Of a stretch of DNA of 64,000 bases, positions 39,521 to 53,871 are shown one piece after another. The notes under the pieces were generated by a model that worked only from the letters and a program-made list of their open reading frames with translations, was not told where the DNA came from and did not search any database. Source of the stretch: Octopus sinensis (Eukaryota); assembly GCF_006345805.1 (NCBI RefSeq), contig NC_042999.1, positions 91,822,001 to 91,886,000 on the forward strand. Reading direction: 5' to 3'. How positions within the stretch are numbered: position 1 is the first letter of the stretch; the number at the start of each line of letters is the position of its first letter. Made by a program: the position numbers and the translations under genes.

Positions 39521-39990
39521 TAACTCCTTCCCCTCTTCTTCTCTCTTCATCTGACACCTTCCTCTCTTCACTCCTGCCCACATATCTCACTGACACCTGC
39601 TTCCTTTCTTCACTTCTACCCACCTTCATTGACACCCCTCCACCCATACTCAACTCCACTCCCACGTACCTCACCCTACTCCCATACCTCTACCCCATAC
39701 TCACATCTACACCCCTACACACACCCACGCTACACCCCACACCACATCACACTACTCCACACCACTCCAAATACACTATCACTGCCCACTTCCCAGCAAT
39801 CACACCATACACCATCATCTTCACACCCACACATCATCCGCACACCATCATCCACATACCCACACAATATAGGTGCACACACACGCGCACAGATCTACGC
39901 ACGTCGAAAATACTAGCCCCTATCCACACACACACACACATATTCTTGCATACACATACTCGCACGCGCATCTTCGTTTTGGGATGACCG
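39520..39990. repeat. Low-complexity C/A/T-rich tail of the PLE fragment
   Basis: ACC/CAC-rich degenerate repeats that extend ORF 38908..39987 with P/T/H runs. Confidence 0.7.
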
Positions 39991-40088
39991 ATACTTTATT
40001 ATGTTCCCTTCTTTCAACTCTCCTGTCAAACCTTTTTTCCCAACCAGTCGCCATGCCTGATCGCGAAATCCACACGTTCTTTTAATTC

Positions 40089-40165
<77 letters not shown>

Positions 40166-41049
40166 ATTTTCTCTTATTCCTTTCTGTTGAAGAGCGTAGG
40201 CTTCAGCAGAAACCGACTCTTTCTCTATTGGCAAGAAATCTCGAAATAAAACTGAATAATAACATATATACGTATGTAAGCATGTATTTATGCGTTAGTG
40301 TGTGAAGAGAAAGGGAAACCATTCCAATCATAAATCATAACCTTTTTTTCCATATAAATGTATTTAAGGATTTGCTCCTAGAAGATGAGACCGTAATCAA
40401 AAAATAGTACCCATTTACATTTCATAATATACCTTATACATATATCCTGTAAGTAATTTTATATAAAATATTAATAGTTTTTTTTTATACATAATACCAT
40501 CAGAATAGTAAGATATCAGTCTCCACGTACGACGTTGTTTTCATTAAAATGTTACCTTACGCGTACGATATTTGTACTTTGTCTTTTACTATTCAGGCGT
40601 TATGTTTTATGTAAGATGTAAAAACAAAGCATTGAATATGTTTACAGATAACTAAAATAGAAACCAAAAAATGCTAGTATTTTACGACGCTAGTCATGTT
40701 ACACTCATACATAAAAATAAAATTCATATCTCACATAAGAATAAAGTTTTGTGCATATTGTACAAAAGAACACAGAAAAAATATAAATAAATGTGATGAT
40801 CACTGCTTACAAACTTGAGAATAAATGTAGCCCCAGACATCTTGATTATGTCAGATTCGGAAAACTTAGGGAAAAGTTGGGTCCATCGATGATATTGATG
40901 TGAGCTGGGAAGTTTAGCATGTTAACAGTATCAACCTGAAAATTTTTTTCTTCATTAAAATCTTGGAGTACGTAAAAAATTTTGTATAAAAAGAAAATAT
41001 GGAATTTAATTACAGGAAAATGTAATAAAAACTGAAAAAAGCAACATTA

Positions 41050-41437
41050 TATTTGTAACGCCAGTGCCATTTTAGTGTCATCTGCCTCATTTTTGTCGTA
41101 GTTGTCTCTCTTTGATTTTCTACACTGACATGATTTCTTGCGCTGTTATGAATGCACGCTGCTCTAGTTCACCATGTTATCTATAGATGCCTTTTCCACA
41201 GTGTCCTCAGTGTCGTCTTATCATCACTATGATCAGCAGCATCGCCTTGATTCAGAACCATTTCAGCTATTCACTATTGGAGTAATTGGCGCATCATCAA
41301 CGCTCCAAGCATTTTGTGGATTATATTTATTATTTTTTTTTTTGCATTTTTAGTGTATCATGTCAGCATTCAAAAAAACCTTTCATTCGTTTGAGATCTT
41401 TTGCTTTTGGAATTTCGGACAATAGATTTTCAGCCTG
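41050..41437 (-). mobile_element. pogo/Tigger-like DNA transposon remnant
   Basis: Minus-strand pieces IAEMVLNQGD, LEQRAFITAQEIMSV*KIKERQLRQK, MRQMTL; the right end TA-CAGGCTGAAAATCTATTGTCCGAAATTCC resembles Tigger3-type termini. Confidence 0.6.
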
Positions 41438-41719
41438 TATATATATATATATTCCAAGAAGACTTCAATTCAAATTTGAATTCAGCAAAACTTTAACGCT
41501 GAACCTTTTCTTTGAAATCTACCTGAGGAAGTATGATAGTTCTAGCAACTTCATGTCACGAGTTACATATGTATTACAGAAATTTGGAAGATCTTTCTCC
41601 CGTCAGATGAATTCGATGACATTCTGTGTCAGGTTATAAAATGAAGTGAACAAAGCAATTTGATAACTAGATGGATCCCAACCCCTCTTCCCATGATTTT
41701 TTTTTTTTACAATCTATAA

Positions 41720-42055
41720 GCGCAGGAGTGGTTATGTGGTAAGTAGCTTGCTTATCAACCACATGGTTCCGGGTTCAGTCCCACTGCGTGGCACCTTAGG
41801 CAAGTGTCTTCTACTATAACCTCGGGCCAACCAAAGCTTTGTGAGTGGACTTGGTAGACGAAAACTGAAAGAAGCCTGTCGTATAAATATATATGTATAT
41901 GTTTGTGTGTCTGTGTTACGTCTCTGTCACATAGCGGTTCGGCAAGAGACCGATAGAATATGTACTAGGCTTACAAAGAATAAGTCATGGGGTCGATTTG
42001 CTCGACTAAAGGCGGTGCTGTAGCATGGCCGCAATCAAATGACTGAAACAAAATA
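41720..42055 (+). mobile_element. tRNA-derived SINE, family B (near full length)
   Basis: tRNA-like head, central microsatellite, GGCGGTGCTGTAGCATGGCCGCAATCAAATGACTGAAAC tail. Confidence 0.92.
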
Positions 42056-42369
42056 ATAATTAAAACTCACTGCAAGTATTTAAGTTTACCCATGAAACCC
42101 TGGCAATGACTTCTGATCTCTCTGACGATGCAGAATGATTGCTTACCGACATTCGGGTACAAATATGAGATCAGCTGAATATATATTTATTTATTTTAAT
42201 ATACGCCTCTCTTGATCATTCGTTTGTGATTGTGCAACTCTTTGCATAACGATTTCTATGGTCCCAATATATGTAAATATACTTTTGCGTAAATAATGCA
42301 GTGAGATATTCGCAGTCAGCAACATAACATAAATAGACGGGATATGCTGGACGGAATGACCAATGTAAG

Positions 42370-42386
42370 CAGTTAGATATTCATGG

Positions 42387-42435
<49 letters not shown>

Positions 42436-42546
42436 TGCGTGCGTGTGTGAGAGAGTAAGAGAAAGAGAGAGAGAATGAGAGAGAAACAGATAAGATAGAT
42501 AAATATATTGATAAACTTACAAACACACACACAACCATGTATATAT

Positions 42547-42623
<77 letters not shown>

Positions 42624-42647
42624 CATGTTTATATATATATATACATG

Positions 42648-42707
<60 letters not shown>

Positions 42708-43190
42708 TATCTACATTCAAACATACAACTATATATACACATATGCACACATGTATGTGTGTCTTTGTGTATATGTGTGTATGTATATGTGTGCGTGTGT
42801 GTGTGTATGCGTGTGCGTATGTTTGTATTTATGTATACATACTTATATTACACACACACGTAAGTATGTGCCTGTGTGTGTGCTCGCGCGATTTATTTGA
42901 CAGAAGCGTAGGAGTGCTGATGTAATTGACTAAATAAAAGTATACTAATAATATTATATTGATTCTGGAAATATTGATTACGGTAACACACACAGAGACT
43001 CACATATCCTCACGAACATACACACCTACCATCATACATACTTACACACGCACACACAAACACATACACGCGCGCGCACGTACACACAGAGTCAGACACG
43101 CACATACGCGTACATCCTCACGTACATACAGTCATACATATAAACATGCCTGCATACACATAAATACATATATAAATAGTACATACGTAC

Positions 43191-43263
<73 letters not shown>

Positions 43264-43304
43264 TATATATATATAAATACGTACATATATATATAAATAC
43301 GTAC

Positions 43305-43364
<60 letters not shown>

Positions 43365-43400
43365 ATGTATGTATGTATGTATGTATGTATGTATGTATAC
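42370..43400. repeat. Large compound microsatellite field (GT, GA, TA, CA, TATG)
   Basis: Directly visible. Confidence 0.95.
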
Positions 43401-43954
43401 AGAAAGACTGAGACAGGGAAATATATTGGAGTATGTGTGCATGCGTGAAAGTACGATGGAGTTAGAGAAAGGAGAAATGGAAGAGAAAATGAAACAGATA
43501 CATGAATCTATCTAGAAATATTAATATATAGAGTATGTCAATCTAATAGGTACTATTAATATCGTTTTGTTTATCCAATCGCCAATTTCATCACTTTTTC
43601 ACGTATAAACCATATATTTGTTCAAGGGAAACCATTAACTGAAATAGTAGAGTGTCCGATAAAATTTGCTGTCGTTTCAAATTTGCTTCTTTACATTCTG
43701 CGTTCTAATCGTTCTTGGTTTAAATTTGCATCGTCGTAATTTAATTTTGTTGTTTAACCTTCGGTCAACTTTGATAATGAGAATTATCTTTAAACAATTT
43801 CCAGCTGAGACGACCGCTAGCTTTTTGTTTTTGTCCTGACGTAGTATATCTAAGATTAAAAAAAGAAATGTATCCTTTATTTCTTGACGGTTCTAGGGTA
43901 TGACATGAGAAGGAGTTGGCCTTTATTTCTAGCAAACTTATTGAGCTCTTTAAA

Positions 43955-44075
43955 TCTCCCCCACTACTTCTGCTCATGATCAGAGACGCACATATTGTAA
44001 GCCAGAAAGGGACTTGTTCAAGTGGTTAATGTCAAGCATCCGACAGACAAATCTGTGGTATTGAGCAGAATATTT
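43955..44075 (+). repeat. Unclassified dispersed repeat segment, also at 56455-56580
   Basis: CCACTACTTCTGCTC(A/C)TGATCAGAGA...GAGCAGAATATTTG is shared between the two loci. Confidence 0.75.
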
Positions 44076-44094
44076 GCTATGACAATATTTTTGC

Positions 44095-44260
44095 TTCCGT
44101 TCGTCTGTGTTTATGTTCTAGGATCAAATTCCGCCCAGGTCGTCCTTGCCTTTCATCCTTCCGGGGTCGATTAATTAAGTTGCGTACTGAGGTCAATCTA
44201 ATCGACTAGATCCCCTCCCCCAAAATTTCTGGCCTTGTGCTTAAAGTAGAAAAGAATATT
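44095..44260 (+). mobile_element. Degenerate SINE A-related copy
   Basis: TCAAATTCCGCCCAGGTCGTCCTTGCCTTTCATCCTTCCGGGGTCGA body. Confidence 0.8.
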
Positions 44261-46224
44261 TCTACTTTAGTAAAGAATATTTCTACTTTATTAGCTCAGT
44301 GCTAAATCTGTCTGAAATGTAATGGAAAATCGGTCAGTTTCAAAAGATTGATGTTCAGGTAACGAAAGCAAAGTTCGAAGGGAATAGTAGTCACTTCCTT
44401 TGATTTCTAGATGGAAGCAAATAAGAAATATCACTTACTGACCAAAGACAAAAACTAAAAAAATGAAAACTTTGTTACCCAATGTAATCAAACGTGGTCC
44501 AAAATAAACTATTCTCTCTTTGATTCATGGACAACAGCAACAAATGTCTACGTCTTTTTCCCAAGGTGGCAGGGTACGTGTTCGCAGGTAAAATTGGAAA
44601 CTATTTTTATCTGATTGAGTGACCATCAAGAGACCTTTTCACTTGCTTGATGATGTTTACAGGTATTCAATCAAACAGACTTGTAATCAAAAGCGTTCCA
44701 TCCGGACCCATTGCGTCTTTATTTTATTAGAAGAATTGCGTTATATCTGAAGCAGTGAGTTAACAAGGTCGTTTCACTGTCGGATAATGTTTCTAGCTCT
44801 CGGCGATTCGAGTTCAAACCCCTTTGGGATTAATTTCGTTTCATGCTTCTCCGATCGATAAAGTTCCAGTCAAAAATTGCATCTATTTTTTTCTTTCCCC
44901 TCTCTTCCTCTCTCCCTACCTCCCCCTCTCTCTCTCTCTCTCTCGTCTGTCTGCCTAAATATCTCTCTTTCTTAGAAGTGGTTATGTTCCTGTGCGAAGG
45001 GGCGCTGATGGCTAACCACAGTGTAACTTTCTCCAAATATGGAGAAGAACTGAGCGAGATGTTAACAAAGTCTTATACCCACAGAAAACCCCGATATGCT
45101 CCTGGAATCCTGAAAAGACAGAGCGATGTGCAATTTATAAAAAAAAAAGGAGAAATAAAGATTACAAGAATGTGAGGTCCGGCATCTATTTCAAGAAAGA
45201 CGAGCGACCGAACACAGCATCCGTCACAAGTAGCGTCTGTTACTAATTAGCCCTAATAACAATTCAATGAGAAGGCTACCAGTCGCCAATGCTAATTAAC
45301 TCCAGCACTAACACTATAAGAATATTTATTTGTAAGTAAATGTATTTTGTGTAGATAAGTGCGTATTGTTTATTGAATTGGCATCATAACATTTAAAAGT
45401 TAAAGATTGCCTTAAGCCTGGAAGCTCATTTAGACCAGTTTTCTTCTGCTTTCTGAAGCGTTTAGCGACTGAGAGTGAAAGACTCCAGTGTGTAGAAGAA
45501 TAATCCAGCCACCAGCTACTACCAGTACTTGTGCAACATCAAATGAAGTGCATTTGTCAAGGACACAACGCCCTGTCTGGCCCACGAATCAAAATCACGA
45601 CCTTACGTTCGCGAGTCCGAAGAATTAGCTACGAGCTATGCATCTTCATTAGTACATTAGTAGAACTTTCATACCTCTCATAAAGCAGTTTACCGAGGTA
45701 GGGTTTAACACACAACAACTTGAGCGATAACTGAATACTACAGTTGCTTCTCCTCAGTCGCCTCTGATTAAGTAGACAAATGCTTAAAGATCTTCTATCC
45801 ACGTCCATGAAGTTCTTTTGTATACCAAAGTGTGCAACTGGCTTTCCGTTGTTTGATCTGTTTGTTACCTCTGAGGGAGTCAGTGAGTTGGGAACCTGTG
45901 TTTTGGGTGTATATAAATCATACTCACACGCTCACACGCGCATACACACACACGCGCACGCACACACACATATACACACAAGCACACACGCAAACACATA
46001 CATACACACACACAAGCTCACATACAAACACACATACACTCACATAAACACACATGCAAACACACACATATACACCCACATGTAACAACGCAACAAATAC
46101 AAAGATATATCTACTTATTGAATAGGTTTCAATACAATGTAGGTCTTTCCTACTTGTGTGTGTGTGTATGCGTGTGTGTGTGTGCATACCTGTGTGTGAG
46201 CGAGTGAGTGAGTGAGTGTGTGTG

Positions 46225-46265
<41 letters not shown>

Positions 46266-46887
46266 ACACTGAGCAGCTGACTTCTACAACAGTGTATAAC
46301 TTTTGTTCCCTGCCCCACAGAACAATAATACCGAATTTCTGTTTTTATTGGAGTGATCTACCAGTATTCCATGCTTTTAAAGGTTTGAATACATGCTAGT
46401 TCTGATGTGCCTTTGATCTGTACCGCAGTGTAATTCTTCTTGCGCATAGAATTATAATCATATATATATATCGGGCTTCAGAGCATATAATATCTCGTAG
46501 ACACTTGAAGGAGGTGCTAACCTTATGGGTGGTATATCCGCACTGGTAAAGCAGAGCCGACACTTTTCATTAGAACGTGGAGGTTTGGTGGAATCTTGTC
46601 TCTCCATGGTTGTGCTCCGGTTTATACTGTTTTTTTACGCAGTGATATACACGACGAGGTATAAACACTAACCATTAAATATCTTTCTTTATTGTAGTAA
46701 ATTTGACAATGGGTCAACAAAAATTGGGATACTTAAAAAAATTAGTGCTACTGGTTATCTACAGAAAATAGCTGTAAATTAAATTTACTACAATACTAGA
46801 AGATATATAATGACAATTACTTATACCTTGTCTTGCATATATATATACACACACACACACAGACATATACATATATGTATGTATAAA

Positions 46888-47117
46888 GGCGGCGAGCTGG
46901 CAGAAACGTTAGCACGCCGGGCGAAATGCGTAGCCGTATTTCGTCTGCCGCTACGTTCTGAGTTCAAATTCCGCCGAGGTCGACTTTGCCTTTCATCCTT
47001 TCGGGGTCGATAAATTAAGTACCAGTTACGCACTGGGGTCGATGTAATCGACTTAATTCGTTTGTCTTTCCTTGTTTGTCCCCTCTATGTTTAGCCCCTT
47101 GTGGGTAATAAAGAAAT
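46888..47117 (+). mobile_element. tRNA-derived SINE, family A (full length)
   Basis: Complete head, body and tail, closely matching 23619, 7158, 53190 and 58055. Confidence 0.95.
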
Positions 47118-47139
47118 ACATATATGTATGTATGTGTGT

Positions 47140-47335
47140 GTGTGTGTTTGTTCCCACCACAACTTGAAAACTGGTTGGGATGTTTATTTCCTCGTAACAT
47201 TGTGGTTCGGCAAAGGGGTTTAATAGAATAAGTATCAGGTTAAAAATTTATATGTACTTGGATCAATTCATTCGGCTAGAAATCAATCACAGCGGTGCCC
47301 CAGCATGCCCGCAGTCTATTGCTTGAAACAAGTAT
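47140..47335 (+). mobile_element. SINE B 3' half (degenerate)
   Basis: GTGGTTCGGCAAAGG...GCGGTGCCCCAGCATGCCCGCAGTC tail. Confidence 0.75.
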
Positions 47336-47639
47336 ATATATTCATACATACATGCACCCCCCACACACACACACATGCACACACACACACACACACACAC
47401 ACACACCACACACACACATATATATATATATATTGAAGTTAGATAGGACCGGTTTATGAGATTATCTTACCTTTCAGGTCCATTAAGGGCTTGATTTTAT
47501 ATACATTTACATACATGCATACATGCGTACATACATACATACATACATACATACATACATACATACATACATACATACATGCGTGCATGTATGTATATAC
47601 ATATATGTGCATGTACGTTTATATGTATATACAATGGGT

Positions 47640-47973
47640 GAGGGCGCGTGGCTTAGTGGTTAGGGCATTCGGCTCATGATCGTAAGGTTGTGAGTTCGAT
47701 TCCCGGCGACGCGTTGTGTCCTTGAGCAAGACACTTTATTTCACGTTGCTCCAGTCCACTCAGCTGGCAAAAATGAGTTGTACTTGTATTTCAAAGGGTC
47801 AGCCTTGTCACTCTCTGTGTCACGCTGATTATCCCCGAGAACTACGTTAAGGGTACACGTGTCTGTGGAATGCTCAGCCATTTGCACGTTAATTTCACGA
47901 GCAAGCTGTTCCGTTGATCGTATCAGCTGGGACCCTCGTCGTCGTAACCGGCGGAGTAAAAAAAAAAAAAAAA
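47640..47973 (+). mobile_element. Full-length tRNA-derived SINE, family C, with poly(A) tail
   Basis: A-box TGGCTTAGTGG, B-box GTTCGATTC, TTGTGTCCTTGAGCAAGACACTT, terminal A-run. Confidence 0.9.
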
Positions 47974-49074
47974 TATATACAATGATCACAAATATTTGTG
48001 TACCTACTGTTGCCTAGCAACAAACAGTCACGCTCACGCACTCGCGCACACACACACACACACACATGCACATTCTGTTATGCTCATATATATATATATA
48101 TATATATATGCATTTATCATCACACAAATACAAATATTGTAACAGACACACACACACACACACGCATATGCACACATACATCAATGTATAAATATATTCA
48201 TGCACACAATCATAAACACGTATAAATCTTCGCTCATTGAGTCCATGCAGACTCACACAACTTTCTCCCGTATATATTCACACGCACGAACACACGTACA
48301 AAATAGGCGTCTTTCACTTTGATACACGCTCACAGAACTTACGCATGCACAGCTTTCCGTCTCGAACCTGTTACACACACACACACACACATACACACAC
48401 ACATACACACACACACACACACAACATACACACATACACACACACATACACACACGCATACACACACGCATAGCACTACCTCACGCAGTAACTAACACCC
48501 ACATCCAATATCAATGATCACTGTGAACAACACTTCTTCACGCCTGCAACTTTTTCACTCTCACTGAAGGAATATGACCGCGATCTTCCTCCTCCAAGCC
48601 GTCATCAGCCACACCTCCATCACCACCACTACCTTCACCACCACTACTTCCACCACCACCACTACTACCATCACCACTACCTCTGCTACCACTACTGCCA
48701 CCACCATCCTACATCACCACAAGCAATCATCATTATCCCTTTCCGTTTTTTTTTTCATCATTATCATCAAGATCATCAATAACGTCGTTATTATCATCAT
48801 CATCATCATCATCATCATTGTGGTTATCGCCTTCGGCATAGCACGTGACTGGCTGCAACGTCGGCGGGAGTCTTCCAATGAAACTGGAACGGTAGGAAGA
48901 GAGGGTGTACAGTTGTGGCATGGTATCTATTAGGTTGGTGGGAATGCACAGATACATACATACATATGTATATATATATATATAATATATATATATATAT
49001 ATAATATATATATGTGTGTGTGTGTGTGTGTATACAAATATACATGTATGTATGTATATATATATATATATATA

Positions 49075-49128
<54 letters not shown>

Positions 49129-49251
49129 GGACGGAGGGACAGAGAGATTCAGCGGAGACAGAAAGACAGAGAGAGACAGAGGCAGAAACATGTACATTGA
49201 TAAATACAGTCGTATATTTTTGTGTACACACTATGAAATACACTCCATGCA

Positions 49252-49306
<55 letters not shown>

Positions 49307-49469
49307 ACGAACACACAATCAAACATACACGCAATCACAATTGATACATGAATAGAACTGTGGTAGAAGAATCGTCTACCGTTTTATCATTATTTTAAAA
49401 TATTCTCTGATAGACCTTTTCATTTCATACTTTTCAACCTTGACTATTTTGTTTTATTCTTTTGTTCTT

Positions 49470-49935
49470 TTACTTGATTCAGTCATTTTGTGTATGGGTA
49501 TGCTGGAGCACCGCCTTTTAGTCGAACAAATCGACCCCTGGACTCATTCTTTGTAAGCCTGGTACTTACTCTATCGTTATCTTTTGCCGAACCGCTAGGT
49601 TACGGTGGTGCAAACACACCAACATCGGTTGACAAGCGATATTGAGGGGGACGAACACACAAACACACACACATACATACATATATGTAAAATTAAATAA
49701 AAAGGGTAGAAATTGATATTAATCAATTCAAACCAGTGGCTTAGCATATTTTTAAAAAATCCAAGATTAAAAATTGTGTTACATACAAAATTCTTTCTGT
49801 TTCCGTCAACCAAATCCACTCACAAGACTTTGGTCGGCCCGAGGCTATAGTAGAAGACACTTGCTCATGGTGCCACGCAGTGGAACTGAACCTGGAACCA
49901 TGTGGTTATGAAGCAAGCTTCTTACCACACAGCCT
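49470..49935 (-). mobile_element. SINE B interrupted by an AT-rich segment
   Basis: Head at 49790-49935 and tail at 49470-49670, both on the minus strand. Confidence 0.88.
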
Positions 49936-50700
49936 TATTCATTATATATTTACTTAATTATATATTTTGTTTGGAAGTTCATATGACTTCATTGTGTAAC
50001 GTGTTATTTTCTTACAAACGAAAGTCGTTTCTGACTTTAAAGGTTTATTAAACTACTTATTTTTGTCTCTATCACTTCGAGTGACGATGCTGAAACTTCT
50101 ACATTTAAACAAATTATATCAGTTTTTCAAACGTAAGCGCATTAGATTAATTTTTCCCTCCTTACTTTTTTTTTTTTTTGCTGATGAAGAGTTTTATCAA
50201 CTAAATCAACAACAGTACTTGAATAAAACTGTATTTTATCGACCTCTGAGGGATGATAGTCAAAGTCGACTTCAGTGGTATTTGAACTCAAAATTTAAAG
50301 AGTCTTTACAAATACGACTAATTCAGTTTGTTACGCTCCAGCGATTCTATCAGTTCACTCCAACTCTTATTTATGCAATTCGATCTCCTGAAACGAAAGA
50401 CACCTCATACACAGCTCCTCATGTACTTGCCATCACATGGTAATTAATAAATTTGTTTAATTTTCTTGTGATTAACACATCACCATCGCAGTTAATAGTA
50501 GCATCAACAATACTGCTAATATTATTGAAATTATTTCCCGTTTTTTAAATTTTAAGCAATCCTGAGGGAGGTTTCATCTTGAAATGGCAAGAGTAATTTC
50601 ATTTAATCGAAGTTTTCAGATTACCATATGATATCATAATAAAAGCGCCACTAAGGTAGTTTGCCCTAGCTCTATTGTCGATAAAATAAGAGAACATCTA

Positions 50701-50919
50701 CGAGAGAGCGCTAAAATAGTTCCTGGTTTTAAGGGTATCGCGAAAGACCTGCTTGGAGGCCCAACCTTTCAAGTTCTTTTACCGGGCTTAGAAAAAGTGA
50801 AGGGCCGCAGCAATAAATGTGTGAGTCTGAGAGTGGGGGTTTGTTGAATAAAATAATATTTAACTGATCCTCCTGTATCTTCATTTACCCAAAGCTGGGG
50901 ACTTTTCGGCACGCCACTC
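50701..50919 (+). mobile_element. Mariner-derived MITE retaining the transposase C-terminal codons (copy 1)
   Basis: Degenerate TIRs and GLEKVKGRSNKCVSLR; homologous to 57045 and 62284. Confidence 0.8.
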
Positions 50920-51258
50920 ATAAATACAACTTTGATTACAGGGTGTACAAACTAGATCCGTCTCATTCGAACAAGACCAAATTGTAGAAAATAATAATTG
51001 TTCACTGTATACTTCCGATATAGTTGTGTGTGTGTGTATATGTGTGCGTTGTGTGCGCGTGTGTATGTGTATGTATCTGTGTGTGCGTGTGTGTCTGTAT
51101 GTGTCTGTGCGTGCGTGTGTGTGAGTATGTGTCTGTGTGTGCAATCGCGCGCTTGAGTGTGAGATAGTGAGTTACTTAATGCACGTATAAACATAAATAT
51201 CTATATGTATATATACATACGTACATATATATATATATATACATACATACATGCATAC

Positions 51259-51301
<43 letters not shown>

Positions 51302-51307
<6 letters not shown>

Positions 51308-51642
51308 ATATTAATTAGAGACAAAACCACTATTTTGCAAAACAAACAAGGAAAGACTTAATCAATACATAAAATTTTAATAAAAATAATAAAGAAAAAA
51401 CTGACTTAATCACATTTAATGTAGGCACAAGGGTAGAAATCCAGTAGGGGAGGACAGACAATTAAATCAACCTCACAATCTGCCTTTCCTGTACTTAACT
51501 GGCACTTTATTTTACCGACTCTTTTACTTTTTTACTTTTTATTTTTTACTTTTAATTATTTTTATTAAAATTTTATGTATTGATTAAGTCTTTCCTTGTT
51601 TGTTTTGCAAATAGTGGTTTTGTCTCTAATTAATATTATATA
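51302..51642. repeat. Inverted repeat, arms 51302-51390 and 51555-51642
   Basis: About 89-bp arms with one indel; SINE fragment in the spacer; (TA)n fields on both sides. Confidence 0.93.
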
Positions 51643-51726
51643 ATATTTTACTATAAAATTGGATTTAATCCTAAATTTTTTTCCCTGTAAATTTGGATTT
51701 ATTCCCTAATATTTATTATGTTATAT

Positions 51727-51793
<67 letters not shown>

Positions 51794-51800
51794 TATCTAT

Positions 51801-51836
<36 letters not shown>

Positions 51837-51922
51837 ATATCTATTATATATATATACACACACTATATATATTATATATATATATATATATATAATATAT
51901 TTGTAATATATGTATATATATT

Positions 51923-52172
51923 CAGGGTACGGTGAATAAACTGTCGTCTAAATTGGCCAAGAATCAAATAGACACTCACATCTCATTTTAACAAATATAT
52001 TTACCAAAATTACATAAAAATATCTTGAAATACTAAAGAGTAAATCTATTCAATAAAATCAGAATTGGCTTCAACCTAGGCTTCCAAACGACTTCGGAAT
52101 TGTTTGCAACTCTTCTTGGCGGTCTCCTTGTTGGTGAATGCTGCCATAATCCTTGCCTTCAGTTCATCTTTT
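51923..52172 (-). mobile_element. 3' end of a Tc1/mariner (maT/DD37D-like) element
   Basis: KDELKARIMAAFTNKETAKKSCKQFRSRLEA*VEANSDFIE* followed by a TIR-like CAGGGTACGGTGAATAAA end. Confidence 0.7.
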
Positions 52173-52249
52173 TTTAACAGAACAGAATAAGAGAAATAAA
52201 CAGAGAGAGAATTTTAAAAAACCCTGTCGATTTAGCGATATATATCTCT

Positions 52250-52480
52250 TTTATCTCTTTTACTTGTTTCAGTCGTTTGACTGCGGTCATGCTGGAGCAC
52301 CGCTTTTAGTTGAGCAAATCGACCCCAGGACTTATTCTTTGTAAGCCTAGTACTTATTCTATCGTTATCTTTCGCCGAACCGCTAAGTTACGGGACGCAG
52401 ACACGCCACTATCGGTTGTCAAGTGATGGTGGGGGGACAAATACTGACACAGAAACACACACACACACGCATATACATAC

Positions 52481-52531
<51 letters not shown>

Positions 52532-52865
52532 CACATACGTATGTATGTGTGTGTGTGCGTGTGTGTGCATGTGTATGTGTGTATTGCTTATGTACCTAAA
52601 TCATACTTCTAGGTTCTGTTCCACTGGGGCCGACCAAAACCCTGTGAGTCGATTTGGTAGAAGGAAACTGAAAGAAGCCCGACATTAATATATGTGAGTG
52701 TGTGTGTGTATGTGTGTGTGTGTGTGTGTTTGTGTCTGTGTGTGTGAGAGTCAGTGTCCTTATGTCTGTTTTTGGCACCCACCACTCTTTGGCAACCAGT
52801 GTGGGTTTGTTTACCTCATCATAATTTTGTAGTTCGCCAAAAGAGAACGATAGAATAAAATATAA
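52250..52865. mobile_element. Two SINE B fragments in opposite orientation (minus 52250-52450, plus 52625-52865)
   Basis: Family B tail on the minus strand; family B mid-body on the plus strand. Confidence 0.8.
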
Positions 52866-53189
52866 AGACACACACAATACGTTTTGCAGGGCCTTTTTTT
52901 TTTTTCGCACAGCTATGGTGTTCGTGGTTTCCGTTTCGTTCTATTAAGTTTCCTATCATCTTATTTTCGCTTCGCTTTTTCAAAAGCGAGGTGTATCACA
53001 TATTGGACTGAGTGAGAATTATTCAATTACTATTTTGTGAAACGTTTCTGAAATTTGTTAATGCTATTTCAAAATAAAATAAAATCGATTTTAGAAATGT
53101 ATGTTGTGCTTCTGCTCACTCAACTGTAGAAATGAGTTGCGACGTCATTGGTGCCTCGCTGTATCGGCCTTTCCTTCGGATAACATCTG

Positions 53190-53393
53190 TTTCTTTATTA
53201 CCCGGAAGGGGCTAAACATAGAGGGGACAAACAAGGACAGACAAACGGATTAAGTCGATTACATCGACTCCACTGCGTAACTGGTACTTAATTTATCAAC
53301 TCCGAAAGGATGAAAGGCAAAGTCGACCTCAGCGGAATTTGAACTCAGAACGTAACGGCAGACGAAATACGGCTACGCATTTCGCCCGGCGTG
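53190..53393 (-). mobile_element. tRNA-derived SINE, family A
   Basis: Reverse complement of the 46888 copy, slightly 5'-truncated. Confidence 0.92.
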
Positions 53394-53871
53394 GAAAGCG
53401 AAGGAAATATGGTATGGATGGGCGACTGATGGTCTTCAACAAACAACTTTGCCCAGACTTGTGTCTTGGAGGGGAACTCTGTAGCTGCAATCCCATTGTC
53501 ATTCATGGGGTCTTTTTTACCCTAATTGATATATTAAATCAACTTCAAAATGGACAAGTGCTCGAAAGGAACTGAGAAGCATTTTATTAGTACTAGCTAA
53601 AACAACATTTAAAAGATTTTCAGGTTAACTAGAAGATAATACCCAACGGTACATGCGGAACAAATTACATTTTGTCGGACTAACGGTTATGGATTTAATA
53701 CTTTTAGACACACACACACATACACACGCAACCAACCAATACAAATATATTTAAGGCATGTTCGAACCCTCAAGAAAAGTGTTCACTTATTCTGTCAAAG
53801 AGAAAATTTCCCGCTATAGACACATAGGTGTATACACATCACTGTTTTGCTCTTTGATTCCATAATATATA

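Noticed and set aside
38908-39987. 359-aa ORF as a host gene
   Set aside because: It is a frameshifted PLE endonuclease fragment read through into low-complexity sequence.
47640-47712. tRNA-Met(CAT) gene
   Set aside because: Anticodon and acceptor stems are imperfect, and the sequence continues into a SINE body and poly(A).
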